From: Patescibacteria group bacterium | GTDB lineage: Bacteria; Patescibacteriota; Patescibacteriia; Patescibacteriales; UBA12465 | Direction: 5' to 3' | Length of the DNA stretch: 64,000 bases | NCBI GenBank assembly: GCA_041656935.1 | Contig: JBBACQ010000004.1 | Span: forward strand, 8,557 to 72,556 | Notes under the pieces: model-generated | What the model was told of the DNA's origin: nothing | Databases searched by the model: none | The model's input: the letters and a program-made list of their open reading frames with translations, nothing else | Shown: piece after piece, positions 56,862 to 64,000 of the stretch | How positions within the stretch are numbered: the stretch's first letter is position 1 | How the letters are laid out: each line of letters starts with the position of its first letter | Translations under genes and position numbers: made by a program

Positions 56862-57674
56862 CTACAACATTTTTTTAATCTTAGGAATAATTTTACCGAC
56901 TTCTTTCTCGGTAATTTTTATTATATCCAAAGAAACCTCTTTTTTAAAATAAGCTTTAAGCCTAGATAAATCAGAATATTTAGAAGTATCGGGGTTAATA
57001 ATGAAATCAGAGCTCTTCATTGAATCTTGGCTTAAATTATACAAAGCTATTTCAGCTGACCGAGTGATAATTTTAGCTAAATTTAAATCCCTATTAACAA
57101 TATTATATTTATTATATAAATTAACTGAAATTACTACATCCGCTCCCATTTTTTTAACGATATCATCAGGAACAGCATTAGAAAGAGCTCCATCAACTAA
57201 AATTTTATCCCCTAACTTAAAAGGTTTAAAAGTAAAAGGGACCGATGAGCTAGCTCTAACTGCTTGGGCTAAATCTCCTTTGGAAAAAATATGTTCTTCT
57301 CCCGAAACCAAATCAGTAGCCACCGCCCTAAAAGGAATAGCTAAATCCTCTAAGCGAGCCCCAGCAAAAATTTTAAAAAGCTCCCGCTCTAAAGTATGTC
57401 CACCCAATAAACCATATCTGAAATTAACATCACGCAAATGATGAACTTTGTGTTTTTGGAGTTCGAAAAAATCTTTTTCTAATTTTTCAACATCTTTAAA
57501 CAAAGCATAATGTGCCCCAATAACTGCCCCAACGCTACTGCCAGCAATGAAATCTATCGGAATATTATTCTTAACTAAGGCCTTAATAACGGCAATGTGA
57601 GCTGAGCCTCTAAAACCGCCACTACCTAAAGCTAAACCAACTTTTATTCTTTTTTTATCCTTGAAAAAAAACAT
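56862..57674 (-). CDS. Patatin-like phospholipase.
   Basis: GLALGSGGFRG (Gly-rich). GSSVGA (GxSxG). DGA(L) catalytic Asp motif. Confidence 0.8.
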   Translation of the reverse strand: MFFFKDKKRIKVGLALGSGGFRGSAHIAVIKALVKNNIPIDFIAGSSVGAVIGAHYALFKDVEKLEKDFFELQKHKVHHLRDVNFRYGLLGGHTLERELFKIFAGARLEDLAIPFRAVATDLVSGEEHIFSKGDLAQAVRASSSVPFTFKPFKLGDKILVDGALSNAVPDDIVKKMGADVVISVNLYNKYNIVNRDLNLAKIITRSAEIALYNLSQDSMKSSDFIINPDTSKYSDLSRLKAYFKKEVSLDIIKITEKEVGKIIPKIKKML

Positions 57675-57680
57675 AAAAAA

Positions 57681-60140
57681 TTAAATTATTTTCTTTAAAT
57701 ACTTGCCAGTATAACTTCTACTAGATTTAATAATATCTTGCGGTGATCCACAAGCAATCACTTCGCCTCCCTTGTCTCCCCCTTCCGGGCCCAAATCTAT
57801 CACCCAGTCAGCTGATTTTATTATATCTAAATTATGTTCAATAACCAAAACTGTATTGCCCTTATCTACTAAACCATGCAAAACCTTTAATAAATTTTTT
57901 ACATCTTCAAAATGAAGCCCAGTAGTTGGCTCATCTAAAATGTATAAAGTTTTCCCTGTAGCCGGACGAGAAAGTTCATAAGCTAATTTAATTCTCTGCG
58001 CCTCTCCCCCCGACAAAGTAGTAGCACTCTGACCTAATTTAATATAACCTAGTCCGATGCTATTCAATAATTCTAATTTAAATTTAATATTTTTATTTTC
58101 TCGGAAAAATTTTAGGGCCTCTTCGATATTCATCTCTAAAACTTCAAAAATATTTTTATTATTATACTTTACCCCTAACACATCCTCTTTATACCTTCGA
58201 CCAGCACACTCATCGCACTTAACATAAACATCTGGCAAGAACTGCATCTCTACTTTTAATAAACCATCCCCTTGGCATTTTTCACAACGTCCACCTTTTA
58301 AATTAAAGGAGAAGTGCCGAGCCTTAAGCCCTTGTTTTTTGGCTTCCGGCAAAGAGGCAAACAGATCTCTAATATAGGAAAAAAGACCGGTATAGGTAGC
58401 GGGATTAGAGCGAGGAGTTTTACCAATGGGAGATTGATCAATATCAATAATTTTATCTAACCACTCAGTTCCTAAAATTTCCTTGTGTTTTCCAGCTTCC
58501 TCCTTAGAACGATAAAACTTTTTATTTAAAGCTTTAGCTAAAATATCTATCATTAAGGTTGATTTCCCTGAACCAGAAACGCCACTAATAACCACCAAAC
58601 TCTCCAGCGGAATATCAACATTAATATTTTTTAAATTATTTTCACTAGCCCCTACTATCTGCAAAACTTTTTTACTGTTTTTTCGATATTTTGTCGGAGT
58701 TGATATTTTTTTATCACCAAATAAATACTGGGCGGTTAAAGATTCTTTATTCTTTTTAAATTTTTCTAAATCTCCCGCATAAATTATTTCACCGCCATGT
58801 TCTCCGGCCATCGGTCCGACGTCTATTATATAATCAGAAGATAACATCATTTTAGAATCATGTTCAATAACTATTACGGAATTCCCTTTTTTATTTAAAT
58901 TTTTTAGGGTAGAAATTAAATTTTCATTATCTCTAGGATGAAGACCAACTGAAGGTTCATCTAAAACATACATTAAGCCAACTAAATTAGAACTTATTTG
59001 ATGGGCCAATCTTAATCTTTGAGACTCACCGCCTGATAAAGTTGTCGCCGAACGACCAATGGATAAATAGGCTAGGCCTACTTTTAAAATGCTATCTAAT
59101 CTAGCGATAACTTCTTTACTAATAGGATCGAAAATATTTTTTTGAGCAGGATTATTTTTAAAAACATCATTTATTCTTTTGAAAAAAGCTCTAAGGTCCT
59201 CTATATTTAAAGAGGCGATATCATGAATATTTAAGTCCTGAAATTTCACAGCTAAAGATTCTTTATTTAAACGTTTCCCCTCACACTCCGGACAATGGAT
59301 AATTTTCATATATTGTCCTATCTTTTGTCTAATATAGCTAGAATCGGTCTCTTGATATTTATCATTTAAACCCTTTAAAACTCCCACATAAAGTTGATCG
59401 CCGTTCATTATTAAGCTTACCTCTTTTTTAGATAACTTTTTTAGAGGAAGCGAAAAATCAATTTTATGTCTAATCATTAATTTTTCTAATTCAGCCATTA
59501 GAAATCTCTGATTATCAAGATTATAATTAAGCCAAGGTTTGATGGCTCCTTGAGGAATACTTAAATTTAAATTTAAAACCATTTTAGGATCTATTTCTGT
59601 TTTTATACCTAAACCACCACAAAATTGACAGGCTCCTTGACCGGAATTAAAGGAAAAATCAACCGATTTGAAATCTGGTCGTCGCTGGGAACATTTAGGA
59701 CATTTTAAATAATATTCATTTTTATTCCCATTTTTCTTGTCATTTTTTTCTCGAACCATTTTGGTTTGGCATTGATGACAATAAGGAATCCCTAATTTAG
59801 CGAATAACAAACGTAAATAATCATAAATCTCGGTAATAGTTCCAACGGTTGACCGTGGATTATTGCTGGCCGAACGCTGATCAATGGAAATGGCCGGGAT
59901 AAGGCCCTCAATTAAATCCACATCGGGTTTATCCATTAAGCCAACAAATTGTCGAGCATAGGAAGACAAAGATTCTACATATCTTCTTTGACTTTCAGCA
60001 TAAATTAAATCAAAAACTAAAGATGATTTACCAGAGCCAGACAAACCAGTAACTACAATAAATTTATCACGCGGAATATCGAGGTCAATATTTTTTAAAT
60101 TATTAACGCGAGCTCCTTTTATTTTTATAAAATTTTCCAT
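57681..60140 (-). CDS. uvrA: Excinuclease ABC subunit A (compact, 819 aa).
   Basis: Two ABC modules ([19 protein letters not shown]). Zn-finger Cys pairs. LSGGE signatures. Confidence 0.9.
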   Translation of the reverse strand: MENFIKIKGARVNNLKNIDLDIPRDKFIVVTGLSGSGKSSLVFDLIYAESQRRYVESLSSYARQFVGLMDKPDVDLIEGLIPAISIDQRSASNNPRSTVGTITEIYDYLRLLFAKLGIPYCHQCQTKMVREKNDKKNGNKNEYYLKCPKCSQRRPDFKSVDFSFNSGQGACQFCGGLGIKTEIDPKMVLNLNLSIPQGAIKPWLNYNLDNQRFLMAELEKLMIRHKIDFSLPLKKLSKKEVSLIMNGDQLYVGVLKGLNDKYQETDSSYIRQKIGQYMKIIHCPECEGKRLNKESLAVKFQDLNIHDIASLNIEDLRAFFKRINDVFKNNPAQKNIFDPISKEVIARLDSILKVGLAYLSIGRSATTLSGGESQRLRLAHQISSNLVGLMYVLDEPSVGLHPRDNENLISTLKNLNKKGNSVIVIEHDSKMMLSSDYIIDVGPMAGEHGGEIIYAGDLEKFKKNKESLTAQYLFGDKKISTPTKYRKNSKKVLQIVGASENNLKNINVDIPLESLVVISGVSGSGKSTLMIDILAKALNKKFYRSKEEAGKHKEILGTEWLDKIIDIDQSPIGKTPRSNPATYTGLFSYIRDLFASLPEAKKQGLKARHFSFNLKGGRCEKCQGDGLLKVEMQFLPDVYVKCDECAGRRYKEDVLGVKYNNKNIFEVLEMNIEEALKFFRENKNIKFKLELLNSIGLGYIKLGQSATTLSGGEAQRIKLAYELSRPATGKTLYILDEPTTGLHFEDVKNLLKVLHGLVDKGNTVLVIEHNLDIIKSADWVIDLGPEGGDKGGEVIACGSPQDIIKSSRSYTGKYLKKII

Positions 60141-60157
60141 TTATTTAAAAATTAATA

Positions 60158-61273
60158 TTATAAGATTGTATAAAAAAATCTAATTACACCTAAAAAAAGT
60201 TTATCGAAAAAAGATACTTCTATATTATTTTTTGTAAACTTAACCGAATCTTTTTTCCAAGTCTGAATAATTTCTTTTATCTCCTCTATTATTTTAGCAT
60301 CTCTTATGAAAACGCCAGACTCAATATTTAAACGAAAAGATAAGAAATCTAAATTTTGTGAACCAATTAAAACTTCTTTTTCATCTATTAATAAAACCTT
60401 GGCATGGTTCATTTCGTTTTGGGTATAAAAATTAATATTTGAATAGATCAGCTTATTAACGAAAGCCCGATTAATCCGATTTAAAATCTTAACATCAGTG
60501 TCTTTAGGAATAAAAATGTCTATCTCTACACCTCTTTTCTGAGCCCCATCTAATAAGGCTAATAACCATCGAGCGGGGGTAAAATAAGGGGTAATTATAA
60601 TGATGCTTTTTTGGGCTGAAATTATTTTTTCCTGATAGTAAGTCTCTAGGGTATAGATATTATTATTGGGGAAATGTTCTAGGAATTGGGCTCTAATTGT
60701 TTTAAAAATTGATTTTTTTCGATAAAGTAATATTTTTTCTTTTTTTCCGCCACTCATTTTATAGGTATAAGAAAAAGATCTTAATATATTTTTCGCCAAT
60801 AGCGGACTCACAATTTTAATCTGTAAATCAGACCAATTTATACTATTTTTTTTGATATTAACCCCACCTAGAAAAATAATTTTATTATCAATTAATAAAA
60901 TTTTACGATGAGTTCTTCTCAACCAATGACTGAAAAACAAAACTTCTACTCCGTTTTCTCGTAAATCTTTGATTATAGAGCTTTTTAATTCGGAACTGCC
61001 GAAGGAATCTAGAACCAAGATTACTTCTACGCCATTAGAAGCTTTTTCTTTTAAGGCCCCAAAAAAATTATAGGAAGCTGAAGTGTCGTCTAGAAAAATA
61101 TACATCTCGATATAGATGGAAAATTGAGCCTGATTAATTTCTCTTATCATTCCCTGCCAAGATTTTTTAGAACTTGTATATAATTTGTATTTCATATAAT
61201 TAAATATACTAGCTAAGATTATAACACTAAAAAAGAAAAAGATAAAGGATAAGAGGTGAATTGCGGAAAACAA
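60158..61273 (-). CDS. Phospholipase D / cardiolipin-synthase-like protein with two HKD motifs. Apparent TTG start.
   Basis: [19 protein letters not shown] and [21 protein letters not shown]-terminal TM. Confidence 0.75.
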   Translation of the reverse strand: MFSAIHLLSFIFFFFSVIILASIFNYMKYKLYTSSKKSWQGMIREINQAQFSIYIEMYIFLDDTSASYNFFGALKEKASNGVEVILVLDSFGSSELKSSIIKDLRENGVEVLFFSHWLRRTHRKILLIDNKIIFLGGVNIKKNSINWSDLQIKIVSPLLAKNILRSFSYTYKMSGGKKEKILLYRKKSIFKTIRAQFLEHFPNNNIYTLETYYQEKIISAQKSIIIITPYFTPARWLLALLDGAQKRGVEIDIFIPKDTDVKILNRINRAFVNKLIYSNINFYTQNEMNHAKVLLIDEKEVLIGSQNLDFLSFRLNIESGVFIRDAKIIEEIKEIIQTWKKDSVKFTKNNIEVSFFDKLFLGVIRFFYTIL

Positions 61274-61306
61274 AAAAAGAGCTATTAATAAAAATAGCTC
61301 TTTTTT
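61272..61306. terminator. Bidirectional intrinsic terminator abutting the PLD start codon.
   Basis: aaaaaaa-agagctatt-aataaaa-atagctct-tttttt. Confidence 0.55.
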
Positions 61307-61313
61307 CTAAAAT

Positions 61314-61410
61314 CCCCTAAAGTCCGTAGAGTGTTTTGAAGAACAAAAATAAGTTTGAGGAGAGAGTATTCAAAAATATTCTAGTTCTTCAGCTCTACGG
61401 GCTTTAGGGG
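61314..61410. repeat. Roughly 97-nt inverted-repeat stem-loop: 18-bp GC-rich outer stem, 8-bp inner stem, 39-nt loop.
   Basis: cccctaaagtccgtagag (61314-61331) pairs with ctctacgggctttagggg (61393-61410). tgaagaac (61337-61344) pairs with gttcttca (61384-61391). Confidence 0.8.
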
Positions 61411-61456
61411 GTTTAAAGTTATTAATGGCCTGAGTTAAAACATTTGATTTGTTATA

Positions 61457-61963
61457 CTAAAATATTTTTAAACCTAGGAGCTTAGAAACTTTTTTCACAA
61501 CCTCAATATTTTTTTCCTTAAGAAGAGAATCGCAAGAATCCGAATTCCAACAATCAATAGCTAATGACAATTCCTCATCGGTTAAATTTTCTTCATTTTT
61601 AATAATAATTTCTTCATGTTTACATTCATAATAAATAGAAATAACTTTTTTAATTTCATTTCTTAATTCTTCTAGAGAAACCTTTCTTCCTTTTAATATT
61701 TCTTTAATACTTTGAATAACCGGATCTGCTTCTATGCTTACTCTGTAAAAAGGAGAGTCTGGATTATTTTTATCTAAAAATTCAATAACAAAAATATCAA
61801 TAAAATTTGATACTTTACGCTTACCTTTTTCTCCTTTTGAAAAATTTACTCCAAGACCTAATTGCGTTAAATTGCCTCTATTTGCCCACTTTTTACAGAT
61901 GTTGTCTGGATTAATATTCGCAGGCAAACACTCTTTTTTCTCAAATATTTTCATTTCTTCCAT
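61457..61963 (-). CDS. Hypothetical protein (168 aa).
   Basis: ORF only. Confidence 0.45.
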   Translation of the reverse strand: MEEMKIFEKKECLPANINPDNICKKWANRGNLTQLGLGVNFSKGEKGKRKVSNFIDIFVIEFLDKNNPDSPFYRVSIEADPVIQSIKEILKGRKVSLEELRNEIKKVISIYYECKHEEIIIKNEENLTDEELSLAIDCWNSDSCDSLLKEKNIEVVKKVSKLLGLKIF

Positions 61964-62359
61964 ATAATTTTTTATTAAATTTAATAATATATCTAACTTA
62001 TTATACTAAACTAAAGAGCTTTTTCAAAATTTTGTAAAAATTTTGTAAAGGCCAAGTAGAAACGTCCCATCTAGTTAATTATTAAGGGTTACTAATCTCG
62101 TATCTATATTATACCATATTTTAAAAAATATGTCAAAAAAAATTAATCATTTAACCTATTTAATAATCTTCTTTTTAGTTAATAAATTGGTTTTTTAAAC
62201 CATCATCCTTAATATCAAATTATACATATTAAAAAACAATAATCCAATTCTTTATTTAACTAAAAATATGAAAAATTCCCTATCAACCCACAAATAAAAA
62301 AATTTATGAATTAAATAAGAAAGGAAAGGTTTGATATAATCGCCCCTTTCCTTTTAACC

Positions 62360-64000
62360 CTAAATTAACCCAGCTTTGCGAAGTGCCTCAGCCATAGTAT
62401 CGTTAGAATTCGAAAGGTTGTTATTATAACTTCCTCTCTCCTCCTTACGGGCTACTGGCGTAGCATTTTCTCCAAAATGATATTCGTACACATAGTACTT
62501 CACATCATTGGGATCAGCTCCGCAAAAAAAATCTGAATCTTCGCCCATCGCGCTCCAAGCTTCTTCACAATTAGCGCGAGAACGGGAACGACCACAAGTG
62601 AGTTCGTGCTCATCCAATCGCCAAGTTTCGATTTTGGCAACGTTGGCAATAAACTCTAACGTACGATCGATATCTCCCGAGAAAGCCTCCAGTAAACGGT
62701 CGGGAACATTATTGCTTTTAATTAGCTCATTCCGTTCCTGCTGGCGCACCTCGAAGAGATGAGATAAATTCACAATCAAACCTTCTGCCTGACGACAGAT
62801 TTTTTCTACTTCCACAAATTCAGCTTTTTGCAAAGCGTTACTTGCTTGGTAGATTTGATTACGAATTTCTTCACACTCTTGACGGATAAAATTTCCACCA
62901 CCAAGCTCAGACAAAGTCTTGTCAAAACTTTCCTCTAACCGAACGATAAATGCTTGCGCATTTTTATGTTCATTGTAAAGTTGAATTTTGATTTCCTCGG
63001 CCTTAACTTTTAGAATCTCAACGCGTTCGGCAGAATTTTCAAGGGTTAGCCCCTCGATCATTTCTGCTTTTAAAGCATCGAGAAGAGTGCGGAGCTTCTG
63101 CCCGGTCTCGGATAATCCTCCCCAGTATCCACCGCTACAAAACGGTTCTTCCTGAGGGATTGTAAGCAAACTAGAGATTTGACTCTCAAAATTGATCACT
63201 AGGTTACGCTGTGCTCGCTCAATTTCCTCAAGACGAGCTCTTTCAATTATCTGGCGATGTTCGCTTAAAGTGCGAGTAGCGCCATTGAAAGTCAGCTTTA
63301 CCTCTCGACCGGACGGAAGAAGTAGCTCTTCCTCCTTAGCTTTATGGAAAAATTCCTCTGTAACATCAATCTTGGCGTTAAAATTGCTCCAAGAGTCTGA
63401 ATAAGTTACAAAAAATTCTTTTCCATTAACCTCAATCACCTCAGGATTTCCTGCTTCAATAACAGTAACCTCTTCGGTTGATATTAGGTCACTCAATTTA
63501 ATTTTTAACTCTTCAGGGTTTAATCCGAGAGTTTCAAACTGAGTTAAGCTAAGAACATGATAAGGCTCCAGTACCTTCGCGTACTTCTCGCGAATGGTAT
63601 CACTATCTTTTTTGGAGATAGTTCCACCACTACGAATATACAGCGTATTGTACTGGCTCAAAATTTCGGAGTTGCTCCGATAGAGTTCATTTACAACTTC
63701 CGAAGAGGTGTAAGTACTCATCATTGCATTCACGAAAATTTTGAAGGCCTCGGCAGACCACAGTGCTGGCTTAGACACCCGAGCAATTTCTTGGCCGTTG
63801 AAGATTGTAATGTGGTCTTCAACAACACAAGCCCGCACACTGTCCCAGTGAAGGTTTTTAATCTCCTTTGAAACTAAGTGCGGGGCGATCTCGGCGAGCC
63901 AACTGGGCTCAACTTTTGATGCCATGCTTACCAGGTTAAGAGTCATAGAGCCTCTCCTAGTTTGAATCTGCAGATCAAAAGGAATTCCCACGACCCAATC
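62360..64000 (-). CDS. C-terminal portion of a larger protein, tentatively HrpA-like DEAH helicase with a long C-terminal extension. Frame open to the window edge. G+C far above background.
   Basis: Frame stays open upstream of the GTG/Met at 63991 to position 64000. N-proximal ..VEPSWLAEIAPHLVSKE resembles the DEAH-helicase OB-fold PEWL..APH segment. About 480 aa of helical extension follows. Confidence 0.45.
   Translation of the reverse strand, partial: DWVVGIPFDLQIQTRRGSMTLNLVSMASKVEPSWLAEIAPHLVSKEIKNLHWDSVRACVVEDHITIFNGQEIARVSKPALWSAEAFKIFVNAMMSTYTSSEVVNELYRSNSEILSQYNTLYIRSGGTISKKDSDTIREKYAKVLEPYHVLSLTQFETLGLNPEELKIKLSDLISTEEVTVIEAGNPEVIEVNGKEFFVTYSDSWSNFNAKIDVTEEFFHKAKEEELLLPSGREVKLTFNGATRTLSEHRQIIERARLEEIERAQRNLVINFESQISSLLTIPQEEPFCSGGYWGGLSETGQKLRTLLDALKAEMIEGLTLENSAERVEILKVKAEEIKIQLYNEHKNAQAFIVRLEESFDKTLSELGGGNFIRQECEEIRNQIYQASNALQKAEFVEVEKICRQAEGLIVNLSHLFEVRQQERNELIKSNNVPDRLLEAFSGDIDRTLEFIANVAKIETWRLDEHELTCGRSRSRANCEEAWSAMGEDSDFFCGADPNDVKYYVYEYHFGENATPVARKEERGSYNNNLSNSNDTMAEALRKAGLI

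Noticed and set aside
61318-61331. The hairpin arm AAAGUCCG resembles the RNase P RNA P4 strand (GGAAAGUCCGG).
   Set aside because: The match pairs locally as a simple hairpin. The 183-nt intergenic space is far too short for RNase P RNA, and no P4 partner strand or other conserved regions are present.

Overview
This 64 kb window is AT-rich (about 30% G+C, judged by eye) and gene-dense. Most genes lie on the minus strand, and proteins are short with Lys/Asn-rich extensions. The gene content fits a small-genome, host-associated bacterium of the CPR/Patescibacteria type; that placement is an inference, not a database result.

Core genes recognised from motifs:
- RNA and nucleoid: rny, HU, a three-tRNA cluster (Arg-UCG, Met-CAU, Lys-CUU), rpsU.
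- DNA repair and replication: ruvC, ruvB, recA, uvrA, radC, rmuC, a UvrD-like helicase-nuclease, and gyrA carrying a LAGLIDADG intein.
- Cell division and envelope: ftsK (apparently frameshifted), a Mur-ligase-family gene, lepB, mscL, an O-antigen-ligase-like protein, a PLD/cardiolipin-synthase-like protein, a patatin-like lipase.
- Glycogen: glgA, followed by a GH57-domain/kinase-domain fusion and a PHP phosphoesterase.
- Translation and nucleotides: hisS, glyQS, argS, tyrS, queA, archaeal-type pyrH, ndk, and an RSH (p)ppGpp enzyme.
- Type IV pilus: two tandem pilin paralogues with a duplicated consensus promoter, and a covalently duplicated PilB/GspE ATPase.

The most unusual region is about 43.3-47.1 kb, described below as four self-contained transcription units. 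Other notable points are higher-G+C orphan genes elsewhere, a roughly 100-nt GC-armed stem-loop at 61.3 kb, tandem hairpin-containing repeats at 35.6 kb, and a high-G+C HrpA-like gene truncated at the window edge.

All functional calls come from motif recognition by eye; no searches were run.
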